Below are positions 49,571 through 63,621 of a stretch of DNA of 64,000 nt, piece after piece (positions within the stretch are counted from its first letter, which is position 1; every line of letters begins with the position of its first letter). The DNA is taken from positions 53,570,001 to 53,634,000 of the forward strand of contig NC_086097.1 in the NCBI RefSeq assembly GCF_963921235.1. Reading direction: 5' to 3'. The notes under the pieces are model-generated. The model did not search any database. It was not told the DNA's origin and was given only the letters and a program-made list of their open reading frames with translations. The position numbers and the translations under genes were made by a program. This DNA comes from Mobula hypostoma (Eukaryota).

Positions 49571-50219
49571 GGATTTGGGTATTGGGGGTCTTGCCGCCTT
49601 GAGGCAGCCCCTCCTGTAGATACTGCCAATGCTGTGGAAGAATGTGCCCATGATGTGTTGGGTAAAATCTGCTTCTCTCTGCGGCTTAAAGCAAACTTTA
49701 AAAAAAATTTCAATGGACTTAGGTCCAATAAAAAGGCAAGTTCCACAGGACCAGGAATTTTAGCCCATCATAAAGAATGAAAGTCACTAGCAGTATTAAT
49801 TGGTTAAATAGGATGGCACAGTAATGTAGCGCTTTACAAACCTGTGCACATGGAAGATAAAGGGTATAAACAGCAAATTTTTGATTTTGGAGCTAGTCAA
49901 AGGATGAGTTGACTTTGTAAGGTAACCTTAAGATTTTTACCTGACAGTTTTCACCAGCAATCAATTCACCAGCATTTAAACTCCATAAGTTTTCCAGGCG
50001 TTATAAAAAGGAAGGCTTGGCAGCTGCCTGACAATTTGTTTAACAGCCAGCCAATAAATATTCAGATCTCAAATATTTTCTTTCTTCTCACATGGCTGTG
50101 TCTATTGACTACAGGCACCAACACAAAGGTCCTTAGGGCTGTCTTATCAACAAACAAGGAGCAAAGTGGCCTTCAGCAGCAACAATGCTGGATTATACAG
50201 TGTGCCTGTTTCCATGAAC

Positions 50220-50350
50220 TGAGTCCTGAAGAAGGGTCTCAGCCCAAAACATCGACAGTTTATTAACTTCCATAGATGCTGCTTGAGCTGCTGAGTTCCT
50301 CCAGCATTTTGTGTGTGTGTTGCTTTGGATTTCCAGCATCTGCAGACTTT
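50220..50350 (+). mobile_element. Degraded Penelope pLTR fragment
   Basis: gagtcctgaagaagggtctcagcccaaaacatcgac..tttccagcatctgcag. Confidence 0.75.
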
Positions 50351-53300
50351 GTCTTTCTGAAATATTCCTACCTGGTGGTGGAAAACATTGCTAGCTCCCA
50401 AAGTTGATACACTCATAACTGGTGGTGGAAAACATTGTCTGACCAACAAACGAATACCTGCCCGTGTGAAAAGAGATGTCCATGTGCTTGTCTATCACTA
50501 TTTTCTAATCAGAGGTGTTTAGATATGTGGTCAAACTGGCAAGGCATAAAATGATACAGACCTAATGTAGGCAAATAGGATGAACATAGACATACACCTC
50601 GTTGGCATGGATGTGGTAGGCTGAAGGGCCTGCTTCTCTATTGTATGATTATGACTCCGAGAGAAACAGATGGCTTTTAGATCATCTCAGTGCCATAGTT
50701 AAGGCACATCAAGTTCTTCAGCAGGTTTTCATGAGTATAAGGAATGATGCAATGGGATATTACGGAATGGACAGAGTTAAGGGGATGCCTTAAAGGGAAG
50801 TGGTGTGACACAGTGTATCACTCTACAGGGGTCTGTGCAATGAATCTGCAGTACCCTGCTGCTGACGTCTTCAAACAGCTTCAGTCATATGTTTTTATTT
50901 CTGGTACAATGCTAGTTCTTTCTGCAGGAGTAGAATATCTCCCTCCTGCTACTTATTGTACCCGAAAGTGTATCAAGCAATTTGTATTTCATAATTGTTA
51001 AACCCACCCGAATTCATTACAATATTCTTTTGGATTGCTTCCATTCCTAGCTTCTCCAAATTCCATCTTTCCATTGACTTTTTAGATGGTGCCATTGGGA
51101 TCCTTGCATTTGAAGCTATCAAGCAATAACTTCTGCAAACCCAACAGCGAAATCAGATTGAAGCAGCAACAAAAAACTTGCAGGTTCTGAGATCCTGCAA
51201 AACCACTTCTGATCTCTTTAGCACAATGAATCTTCCTCAATTTTCACTGGGGCTCTACCTTTCCAATGCAAAGCTTATGGGGATGGTGGCGAGGGTGTTG
51301 GGGAGGCGGGGAAGAAGTGAAATTGCGACTTTCATTTAAGGTCATGATGAAAATTCAGAGTATGTGATGAGATACAAACTGGTAGATTTGTGTAAATACA
51401 ATTACAACACGAGGAAACTATCTTAGGGGTTCAATAAGTTTTGTTGCTTTGCATAACAGTAGCATGGTAACACCAAAATTGAAAAGTAAGATTTAAAACA
51501 ATGAAAGCTGAAACAAAGCATTGCATCCAAGTCATTGCCCGAATCATGACTTTCACATGTCTGGTTTATTAGTATTGCCTTCCATTCCATTGCGTATTTT
51601 GTATCTGCCTTCATTATGTTAATTGCTTGCTTTTTTAAAAAATTTATTGCCATGCTATCTTTTTAGAAACAAAGGTAGAATTCCTTTCTAAGCCTGTACC
51701 TTTTTATATTGTTTTCATTTGCCTTACACCTAAAATTAGGAAGATAATTGAGAAGAAAATATTCCAAATATTAGTAATGAAAATGATAAACAAAATCACC
51801 TTTTTTTTAAAAAGGAAGCAAGTGGGATCAGCTTCATTTCTAGTGTTATTTTGTTGCTAAAATCATACATAGGGAAGAGACCAAAAAATTAGAATTTGAG
51901 GTTCTGATGACTTTATGACTATGACAACTAAATTCAGCATGCACCTGCCATCAGTTTTATGCAAAGGGAAGATAGTGAAATTTTAACACATTTAGCAAAT
52001 TTAATGTGCGATAAGAAAATAAGGTACTGGCCTTCTCTCTCCAAATTCCATAAATAATTATATTCTATTACAACAAGTTTCCAAATAAGTGAATGGTTTA
52101 TTTCAATCATGTACAGCATTAGGTAGCAGGTACAGTCTCAGTTCTAAACCAATGTCCATCTTCCATAATGTCTAAGGTGGAACTCTTAGCATTAATATCA
52201 TTGATAGTGCTACTCACACTAGTTTACTCCATCATCGGATTCACCATGATAAATTGGCATTTATTTTGTCACTCAACTTATTATTTTGTGGTGGGATTTC
52301 TTTTTAAGCTGGTAAGCTGAAATGTGTAAACAGGATGAGATACACAGAACATAAGAGTACAGCACAGGAATGGGTCCTTCAGCACTTCCCTTTTTGAGAA
52401 AGTTATCTACAGATTAAACAGTATTTATTTTTACAAATCGATTGATCGCATTATCCCATGGCATGTTAAAACAAATTCTGACAGTTTTGCCATTCTTTTG
52501 GGATGACCTGTGGCTAAACTGTTTGCTCATTCACTTAATAACTTTGAATTCTTGCTGTCAAATTGCCTTTTATTTCCTGGCTGCACTGGTGTCTCCTTTT
52601 AACTAGAACCTGGCGTCATTGATATCTGCTTAGTACACTTGTGCAATTTCATTATAACAGGATTGCATGTTCCCACTTTCAAGATTTTCAGATCCAAAAG
52701 CTTTGTCAATGGTGAATCTGTGGCGTAATTTGCAAAGGAATGTCAGGAATATCTAGAAAGATGATGCTCCATTAAAGGTAAGAAAAAAACGTTCAAACCC
52801 CCACTTCCTCTTATTGCATTTATTCCTGATAATCATGGTATTGAAATACTACCGGAGAAAGCTATAGCCCAGGAAAAAAAGGCCACACAGCACTAGTGAC
52901 CCAGTTGCCATCCTATCTCTAGAGCTTACACATTCTCCCTGAAATTGAGGAGCTCCCATTTCCTGTCAAATTTGAAAGGTGTGTGGGGTGAAAGACTACT
53001 TGGCCGCTGTAACTTGCCCCTAATGTGAACGTGAGTTTTAAAATATGGCTGATGAAAGCGTAGGAATTCTAAAGTGGTTTAGTGGTGTGGCAGTAGGGCC
53101 TGTTCCATGCTGTATTTCCAAATAAAATAAAATGTAAGATTAGTCTAAATGGACCACCAGGCCTGTTGCTACACTGCATTACTTTATGATTCTATTATTC
53201 GATAATGCAGTTGGCAATATTGTTAGAAGATAAGTGCAGTTGGGGTCAGCATACCTACCTGAAAAAGAAGGGTGTTTACATATTAAGCTACCATAGTTTG

Positions 53301-56300
53301 AACCATTAAAGTGTTTTGCTTGAAATCCATTTACCTCATGGAGAAAGATCCATTCTTCAAATAGAAAACCCTGCCTACTTAGAATAAACTGCTTGTGAGG
53401 TTTTGTAAAGATCATAATTACATGTAAAACACACATTTTGGGCAAGCATCCAAGTGAAGCTATTTTGAACAAATATTTATAACTAAATTTCTCATAAGCA
53501 GTAGTTGTTCAGAAGTTATGTAAATGATAGCATGGTATTTGCAATTTATACCTCATGGTTTAGTTATTGACATTTAGTGTGGATTGACCTGTGTATATTG
53601 TGGATAGTTAACAGCGTAACATGCAAGCCTGCAGGGAGGATTTTGAACCGATTTCTGCAGTTCCTCCTTCCAGACAACACGTTCGTCAAAACTTTCCTTG
53701 CTTTTCGTTGCACAAACTGCAAAATTTCTGAGTTTGAAATAAAAGCAAAGCAAATAATATTTTTTCAGTGAATTCTGATTAAGTTTGACTTGATGAGTAC
53801 ATTCACAGCAAATGCTACTGAGAGTTCGTATGCTGTACAATGATTGCTGGAATCAGAAGACGCTGGGTAAATAAAAGATTTTGGTAGTGAAAGATTTAAA
53901 ACAAAAAATGATTTAAAATAAAAATATAATTTAAAATAAAAATATTGCTAAGACGTCAAAGGAAATGCCAACTGCATTGTAAAAACAAATGTCGAAAATG
54001 TAATGGAACACTTTAAAATTAGAATTTTTTTACTATCCTATCAGAAGGTATGCTGATCTTTTTATAAGATAATACTGTCTGTTTAAAATAAGTGCTCTCA
54101 ATTCCAAAGATGGGATAAACAATTGGTTTATTCCAACTTATACACCTGGGAACAGAATCACTAACATTGTGACAGTGCCCAAGTTTGTAAAGCCACAGAA
54201 TACTGAAAATGCTCATTAAATATAAACAGTAATTGTGTGCACAAAATAATGGAAAGATTGAAATGATGGTGGTACAGACAAAACATCCGTAGTAAATCAA
54301 ACGTACGCTAACATCTCTCAAAGGAAATGTCTGCTTGTACGAAGTATAAACTTTCCCACAGTAACTTCTGTTTGTGTTATATCTACACCAAATGTATCTG
54401 AAAACATGTTTTGCCTGATTTTTTTTTTAATGTTGAAATTCATTTTATCAGAATTATTCATATACTGACTGAAAGCACGTAAATACATAAAAGAAACAAT
54501 GTTATAAACAGTTTTTGTTACATAACATTTTATAGAATGAAAGCACAGAAACTGAGCATGCTGTCCAACAGGTTCACTTAGTATCATTAATGCTCTGTGT
54601 GAGTATCTCTATCTCAACCTATTAGCATATTGTTCTATTCATTTCCTCCACAATTCTCTTAAGTAGCTTCCCCTTAAACAGATCTTTACTTAAACTCCTT
54701 GCCGTAGTGAATGCCACACTCTAAATGCTTTGAGGGAAAGAAACCCTTCCCAAAATTCTCACTGCATTTATTAGTAGTGGCGTTATTTATGGCCTCTTTC
54801 TGAACTCCTCTCAAAAGGACACATTTCCATGTCTATTTTACCGAATTCCTTCAGAATGTTAAAGGCCCCCAAGTCAACTGTCCTTTTTCTCATTTCCAGA
54901 AGGGGAAAATATCCCATTCAAAGTTTTTGAAAATTGATATAGATACTATCTTAGACTACTCTTCCGTTAATTACTTCAGGTTTTAATATGAAATTTTAAT
55001 TTTCACCATAAAATTCTGTCAGTTATTTTTTTTAAGAACCATCCTTATAAAAACATGTTTGGAATTTAGTGATCCGTTGTTACATTATAGTTATTTACAT
55101 TGATATTTTTATTTTCATTGTTTATTTAGATGCCAAAACAGTTATTTCCTCATCAGTCTTTAATCTGTGATCATTATCTCATAGATACAAGGAAATGTTG
55201 GTCATCCAGTGAGACAACAAACATTGGAGCCACTGTTTCCACAGTCAGCTCCTCTACATTCTCTTATCAAGCTCACTGTTCTACCCGCACTTGTCAGTCT
55301 GTCAAAGCAATGGATGTGGCAGCTCTAAAATCTTGTCAGGGGAGCAGCAGTGATGTGACAGGTCAACCCCACCAGTCAGTTAGCATCTCAGTGGTCCTAC
55401 ATCCCGCAGAGTTTTATGTTTATAGTGTTCATCAGCAGCTGTGTTAGCACAGCTTTTCCTGCTGACAATCCAAGCGTAATAGAGTCATAGTGGCGGCCAT
55501 TCAGAAGGCACTTCAAACCCAAAAGAAAATTGATGAGGCGTGTAACACAGCATAACCTCACAATTAATCACACATTTAAAGGACTAACATCTCCAGCTGC
55601 TTTGTATAGTTAATGCTGGATATGACCAGCATGTCCCAAAAACAGCCTTCTAAAATGCTAATATGAGCTAATTGGTCATGAGCTGTCAACTCTTCAGACA
55701 CTATCATTTAAGCAACTTCCGAAGTACCGTAACGTTTTCTACTTTTAACAAGGATGCAGAAAACTGTCTCATAAAAATTAAATACAAGTGTTGTTCCGTG
55801 GAGGCTTTTTGCTCAACAACACTGAAATGTTTTAATTGTAATTGTGGATTTAAAAGAGTCAAATAGCTGTATCTTAAAAACAAATGGAAGCTTCAATATT
55901 TAAATGTTCTTGTGAAATAAAATTCTCTTGAACTACACAGCATGTTGGAATTGGGCAGTTCAACCCTCAGAGTTATATTTAGGTACATCCCACTTATGCA
56001 ACACATATTAATCTTCAGCATTCAAGTTCAAAGTACATTTATTATCAAAGTATGCATACTATATACAACTTAATCGCAATCCTCAACTAAAAGTCATTCA
56101 ACTTACGGGTATATTACAAATAAACTTGTTCAAAATATTTTGTACACTAACAGTATGGATTGAAATAAGGGTAAAAAATGGGCTTTGGATAACAGCACAA
56201 AATAGATTTATTTCAGGATTCTTCATGAAAAATGGTTCACCTGAGGGATATTGGTAATATTTAACTGGTAAATCCCTTTTAGGCCACAGTTAAAATTGAG

Positions 56301-59300
56301 ACTGCTGTCAAACTTATATACTGTATGTCCTTGCTCTGAGCCTCCAAAATAGAGCAATAGCATGAAATTCACATTGTACTCCACTTCTAAAACATATCTC
56401 CACCAGATTCAATAATCCAGAAGCAGTAGAAGGAGCATACACAATGGATTTACAGTTCATGTTTAACATACAGGCAATTAACTTAGTTTATAAGACACTG
56501 GTCCAGCAATTAGTTGTTCTTTAAACTCTCAAACAGTAGAAATCTTAAATTACATGTATGTTCCTTTATAAATTCCTGTGTCTATCTTTATATAATTCAA
56601 TCAGTTTAAACAGCAAAGAGTATGGATATGCTATAAAAACTAAATGGTTTACCATACCTTTCAGGACAGGAAATCAGTGGTCATCACACAATATAATGCA
56701 ACGTGACTCTTAAGCAATCTTGTGAAGTGTCTAACAAGTTAATCTGTGCTGCTGTAACACTCTTTCATGGCAATTGGGGATGGGAAAATAGGAGCATTTT
56801 TTAAAAATTGTAATTAAACTGTCCTACCAGCGGCAGTGCTGTGGTACCTCAGTTATGTACCCTGAGCTCCTCAAATGGTAGTGTAGGAAAATTCCCACAT
56901 GACAATCAATCCTAAACTCAATTGTTGCATATTTCAATATTTAACTATAGACAATATTAGGTTGCATATAACACATATGGTATGACTTTTCAATACTAAT
57001 TCAATTATCTCCATGGCATGGACCAATTATCCCAAGCCTTCAAGTTCCTCTTCATCTGGAGCCTAACCTTGATATTGACTTCCCGCATGCAAAATTATAC
57101 CACTATGACCACTATTTGAAAAAAAACACTATTGTTTGTTAATTGTATTTTACACAATCTTATACAAGATGCTAATGAAGATTTGGGAAATACTAATTTT
57201 TTCTCATGGCTCATCCATTAAACTGACTCCATTATTACAATCTGGTCAAATAATTCACATTAAAAAGAGATTTAAATATTTAACTTGTGCTGCTCTCAAT
57301 TCTTAACATTAACAGTGATGCCGATGGCTGATGTTAGCACAAAGATTTTTACAAGGCGTATTTCCTTTATCTTTGTGGAACCACCATTCTAGGTAAAAAT
57401 ACTAAAGGGCTAATACTAATACAACAAGAACATAATGGCCCAGCAATTTGTTATAATTTTTAATGATGCTGAAATGACATTGTATGTCACCCTAACAGTT
57501 TATGGAGACCCCATATTGATCAAGACCTTCAACTACAAATTTCATGGAACATGGGTTGTTTCCCTGAGTAAAGTCACACTGTATCATCTTCAGCACAGTG
57601 TACTCGGTTTTCTTTCATAGCTATCAGCATTTACCCTTGCAGGTGGAATCTCTGCTTTTAACGAAACAATAACAAAAATGGAAAAAGCTCTGTTATTATC
57701 ACCAAGGAGGAGGGTAACTTGGAGAGAGGGATGTTCGCTACATAGAATGAATGTTGCAAAGGGAGGGGATACATAAATGCTGGGGGATGGGTCAAACAGA
57801 CCTGCATGAGATCAATGCTCAAGTGGGCTGTGTTCACTGATGTTCTTTGTGCATGAGAGATCCCCAGGGCAAGTACCAGATGAATCTAGAAGAGGATTTG
57901 ACAGGGAAGTTTCTAAAGAAGAGTATATGCATGCAATTTACAAACATTTGCACTTTTGGGAAGCCTGAAATACAGGCAAACCTTTGTCCACCCTCCTGTG
58001 GTTGAAGGAAAAATAAATGTTTTCTCTCCTTCAGTGTGGCACGTAAGTGATTTTCCTAATGCAACAGTAAGCAGCAAGCAGCATCAGCAGCGGAAAATGG
58101 AGATCGACGATGACCTTGACCATCATGGCCAAAGCACATACACAAGGCTGAATTCAAGGTGACAGCAATGAATGGATTGCTTTTATCCCTTTAAGCAGTA
58201 TGGTTTCAGGGGAAACAGATTGAGTTAAACCTGAATAATGTGGCTAAATAAGAATGATTGTTTTTCAGGCCAACGAGATTAAAATACCTGCTGGAACAGA
58301 ATTCTTCTTGTTGCACTATTTTTGATGCACTTGGGTGTGTTTTATCTAGTCTGATATTTCCCCATATAAAAATCCAACTAGAAAGTCCAGGGTTGAATTT
58401 TCCAATGGCATTAATATACTTAGAAATGGTTGTGGTACTGTATTGGATCTGAGCTAAGTCGATCTTCAAGTGCACAACATTTTTGGAGCCACGTGAAGGA
58501 ATTCCTAGACCATTAATATGAATATCAAGCTTCCAAAAGCTTTCCAGTATTTTGGAGAATTACTGCTAGAAGTTCCAATTAATCACAAAGCAACTGAGAA
58601 GCCTGCAATGCAGGCACTCGTGTGAGCTAAGGGAAACATATGCGTTATTCATTGCTGATCCTTGAAAGTAACTATCATCAAGCAGGATTTCATATTTTCT
58701 TGCGTTTTAAAACATTGTCTTTGTGGTCTTTCTATGCCCATGTTTGAAAATAAAGAACTGTCATAAATTTGTAGAAAGATCACTATGCAATGGAACTGAA
58801 TACCTGGTTTAACGTTTTAGTATTCCATTCTTGTTTTTTTCCTCAATCATAAAATCTAAAATGAGGAGCCATATGTGGAGCCCTGCAACACATTTCAGTT
58901 TTACAAATGCTGTGGCACTGGCAAGAAAAAATTTTGTTTAAAAAATGTGATTGTTGATGACAAATTATTAGTATAGTTCATAAGGTTAGTAAAAAAACAG
59001 TTTCTCTCTTGTAATTTATTTACAATCTGAGGCTTAATATTGGCCAAGATATTTAAGCTTACTTTCACATTGTGTGTAGGTTACAGGTCAAAAGTGCGGC
59101 AGCACATTAAATTAGAGGCATTTAATCACTTTCCTGCCATTGCCTTTCTGCAGGTGCTCTATGTGACAGACTGTGTACACCTTTCTGTCATCAAAGAGCT
59201 GACAAGCAAAAGTAGTGGGCAGCAATCAGATTGAGCTTTGTGGGATAGTTCAGGTTGCCATGTTCTTTCTGTTTGTTTATGTTTCACTAAGAAATCATGT

Positions 59301-61599
59301 GACCAGTCAGTACATTGTTATTGTTAGAGGTTTAATGATGGGGTTTCAATTTTCAGGAGGACTAACATGGTTTGTTTAAACAGAGAAGGTCCCACTAAGG
59401 TCAGAGCATGACAGCTCATTAAGAAATTGTATGTTTATCCATAGGAAAAAGGAAACTGGGGGTTCCAGTTCAGCTTGTCCTTCCTGGTGCATAAGCACTG
59501 AGGACAGCTCAAAAAACGTTATTGCTGGAAAATGCTCAGTGCTTTCATCTTCAGCCTAGACTTTAGGCAGTTGTTCTTGGAATTTTTAAGTAATGACTGC
59601 CCTGTCAGCCACTTTGAACGTTAAATATGTAGCCAGTCTTTAGGGATGGAAAGAGATCTTGATATACAAGCTTCCATTTATAGGCAACACTGCTTTGCCT
59701 AAGAAGTTATCAATTCACGACCTAGGATATCAATTGGGAGTTCGTATTGTTCCCAATAGGTACCATTAACAAGTTTGCACTGTGAAAATACTTTGCATTT
59801 CAGAAATTTGAAAAGACAAAATCAGGTTCATTATCACTGTCTTATACAACATGAAATGTGTTGTTTTGTAGCAGTAGTACAGTGCAAATACACAAAATTA
59901 CTATAAGTTGCAAAATAAATAGTTCAAACAAAAATGCCCAAGGAACAACACAAAAGGTAAGCGTATACCCAAGCAGCTAAATTTGACTCATTTCACCTTA
60001 TGCAAGTCAGTAAATTTCCAGTTACTTTTAAATGTGAAACTCATTGCCAATTCTTAGTTTAAAAGCAAGGTTTATGTTTTACATACACCACCTAGTTTTT
60101 GCTTTAACTTTTAAAGACAGCGTGGTTTTTGCAACTGATGTACAACTTGTTTTTAATTAACAAGCAAACTAGAATGAAAGGCTCACCACGTTGTTGCAGA
60201 TGAGGAATACATATACGCCGTGAATGCTTGTGGTCTGGCAGGTCGGACACAAAAAGATACTCCAGCTATTTGTTGCATGGGAGCTGAAGCAGATGTTGGG
60301 GCTCTGGGTTGGCAGAAGCCCCAGATGCTGGCAGGGAGTCATTCCACACAGGCTGCAGGGTTCAGAGGAGGGGCATCCAGAGACCATTTGTTCATAAACA
60401 CAGCTGAGGGCCAACAACCTGCTCTATGCTTTCCCTCTGCTCTGCTGTAGGACTTTTTTTTTTGCATGCAATCTCTCAAGGAGACAAAAAGCAGGCACAC
60501 AGGGCTTCTGCAGCCTACACTTTCTCGAAGTAATTAAACAGTTTTGTTTAACGCTGTCATGTGCTATTTTCTTTCTTTGTACACTACTTTGGAATGTGGG
60601 AATGCCTGAAGCTGTTCTGCTGGGCTGTGGATTTCAGCTTTAATTAAAATGGAACTTTGTAAGGAATTCATAAAATGTTTATGAGGGAAAATTCTGGTTT
60701 ATTGAAATCATTCTATTTTAGAGCTATTGATTCCTAATGATTACAATACAGAACTGATAACCTAAATGATCCAAAGATATGATTTCAGATCCCACAATGA
60801 TAGATAGGAAAATACACATTCAGATAATTAAGTAATTCTGAATCAGAAATGGTGACCAATAAAACACTGCACTATTCTCAAATTTATCTGATTCACCTGG
60901 ACTTGTCTTTTTTTTATCCTCATCTGAACCCAAAGAGAAATGATTGACTCCGACCTTTCCAATAAATCATGTAGCTTGCCTTTAATAGTACCATTCCTGC
61001 TGCATGAATCTGACAACCACCCTGCACAGACCCTGGCTCTGTGTTTGGACTTGGCCAGGATACTCTGAACTAAAGCAACCTCACAAAAATCCTCTAACAA
61101 GTATATGGGAATGAGTCAAACCAGTCAAACAAAACCCCACATGGCCATAATCACAAATTCCTACATTCTAACCATTGTCCCTGAATGCTTCATTACCATT
61201 GCAAACTATGTCAGAGGCAGCGGTTCGAAGGTCCAGAGTCAGGAAGGGGTGTTCCTGTGAGTCATAGAAACATAGAAAACCTACAGCACAATTCAGGCCT
61301 TTCAGCCCACAAAGCTGTGCTGAACATGTCCTTACCTGAGAAATTACCTAGGGTTACCCATAGCCCTCTATTTTTCTGAGCTCCATATACCTGTCCAGGA
61401 GTCCCTATAGTATCTGCCTCCACCACCGTTGCGGGCAGCCCATTCCACGCACTCACTACTCTCTGCGTAAAAAACTTACCCGATATCTCCTCTGCACCTA
61501 CTTCCAAGCACCTTAAAACTGTGCCCTCTCGTGCTAGCCACTCCAGCCCTGGGAAAAAGCTTCTGACTATCCAGACGATCAATGCCTCTCATCATATTA

Positions 61600-63038
61600 C
61601 AGACATCCCACCTCTCCCAGAAGTTCCGGGAGTCTCCCGCATATTGATAGTGGCTCCCTGATGCCCGGAAATTATATACCATATCCTGGAAATCGATTTT
61701 TTGGAGAGGGAGAGCGAGCATCCTGACTGGTCTCTCTTCATGCTAAGAGTGGTCCCCAACCACCGGGCCACAAGGAAACAATACGATTTGGCAATATGAA
61801 ATGATATGAGTCAGCTGCACCTTTCCTCATTCCCTGTCATGCCCACTGTTGAACTTGAACGCACGCGAGGTCACTACCCACGTGTCATCTATAGCAGCGC
61901 GGGAAGAAGATCATCTCCTCGAGTTTGCAAATGACGGTGGGCTGAAAAGCATGTTTGACATAACATCTCTGCCGGCATTCTGGATCAAAGTCAAGGCTGA
62001 ATATCCTGAGATAGCCACGAAAGCACTGAAAACATTGCTTCCATTTCCAATATCATATCTCTGCGAAGCGGTGTTTTCTGCAATGAATGCAATGAAAACT
62101 AAATTGCGGAACAGACTGGACATCAGGAACCCCCTTCAAGTATCGCTGTCTCCCATCACCCCTCGATAGGACTGTCTTGTTGCAGGGAAACAAGCCCAGG
62201 GCTCCCAGTGATATTGGTGTGTTGCAATGATTTTATATGTTCATACGAGGAAAATATGCGCTGTGTGTTTAATATCCAAACGTTACTTAAAATGTTGACT
62301 TATCACTATATTCATGCGAGGAAAATATGCACTGTGTTTAATATTAAATTCATTAGATAAACCCTTTTAGAAATGAAATTGAGTGTATTAGCCACTTATA
62401 ACTGACTTATAGTTGACTTATCACCTATATTCCGGACGTGATTAACACACCCCCCACCCCGGGTCGGCCAGTCCGCAAGAATATTGTCAATATTAAACCA
62501 GTCCGTGGTGCCAAAAAGTTTGGGGACGCCTGCTAAGTAGACCTATCAGTTTTCTCTGTGGGTGGGCTTTACAGTCGATCTCAAGAATAATGACAGTGTT
62601 GCCCGCTGCTCTGTTTGCTACAGTGACTTTTCTATTGCCCATGGTGGGTTAAAACGTAAAAGACATGTTGAGATGAGTTTAACAGGTGTCATTCGTTCAT
62701 TAGCATAGCTAACGTTATTTAAACTAGCTGGCTGGCTGGCTGCTAAGGAGCTACTCTATTGATGTCCTACGTGATGAGGCCAAACTCCCTGTAGACTTGC
62801 TTAAAGTTGTAATAGAATGAACATGATAATATAATACAAGTACATATTTTAATGTCACATTTTCTGCATATACCCAACTTGGTTTACAGATTAGACAAAA
62901 TCACTAAACAAAGCATTACATACACCCTTGGACGTTGACCGGGGGTGGGGGTGGGGGGGGGGAGATATGGGGATATGGGGTTGCAGGGGGAGGGGGTGCT
63001 ACCTCCCTGAAATGAGTTTTTGCAGGGTGGGATGTCTG
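61600..63038 (+). mobile_element. Non-autonomous hAT-like DNA transposon with BED-finger remnant
   Basis: 13-bp TIRs cagacatcccacc / ggtgggatgtctg; catatta duplicated (61593-61599, 63039-63045); ARCSVCYSDFSIAHGG..KRH at ~62600-62670. Confidence 0.8.
61747..62532 (+). mobile_element. hAT Charlie/Buster deletion derivative carrying the transposase C-terminal dimerisation domain
   Basis: TIRs agtggtccccaac / tttggggacgcctg; ORF 61849..62169 FWIKVKAEYPEIATKALKTLLPFPISYLCEAVFS..KTKLRNRL. Confidence 0.9.
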
Positions 63039-63413
63039 CATATTATACACCTCTATCAGGTCACCTCTCATCCTCCGTCGCTCCAAGGAGAAAAGGCCGA
63101 GTTCACTCAACATGTTCTCATAAGGCATGCTCCCCAATCCAGGCAACATCTCTGTAAATCTCCTCTGCACCCTTTCTATCGTTTCTACATCCTCAGCATC
63201 AGTGGATTCCATGAAGCCTTGTGCTCCCAATTACAGCAATGGAATGAAATTTATTTTTCTAGATGGCATTAATGCCTATCACAAATATTTACTTCTAGGC
63301 ACCATAATGGACTCACCTGAGTCCCAGATTAGGCGAACGGCAAATGATGAGAGAATCAAAATGGGGAAACATTATTGACCTCATCCTCACCAAGCAGTTG
63401 GGTGCTAATGCAT

Positions 63414-63621
63414 GCAACATACATCAAAGTTGCTGGTGAACGCAGCAGGCCAAGCAGCATCTATAGGAAGAGGCGCAGTCGACGTTTCAGGCTGAGTCCT
63501 GACGAAGGGTCTCGGCCTGAAACGTCGACTGCACCTCTTCCTATAGATGCTGCTTCGCCTGCTGCGTTCACCAGCAACTTTGATGTATGTTGCTTGAATT
63601 TCCAGCATCTGCAGAATTCCT
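63414..63621. mobile_element. Small fold-back Penelope pLTR insertion with an intact hammerhead core
   Basis: Inverted arms of ~80 bp; gttgggtgctaatgcat duplicated at 63397-63413 and 63622-63638; agtc CTGACGA..GAAAC GTC gact at ~63495-63530. Confidence 0.9.

Larger units (their letters stand above)
61263..63193 (-). mobile_element. CR1 LINE 3' fragment split by a hAT element
   Basis: catagaaa tail at 61263; ERVQRRFTEMLPG..RMRGDLIEVYN at 63040-63193 continues as MMRGIDR at ~61595. Confidence 0.9.

Noticed and set aside
55130..55447. 105-aa ORF after a pyrimidine tract
   Set aside because: Low-complexity Ser/Thr peptide with no recognisable domain or convincing donor site
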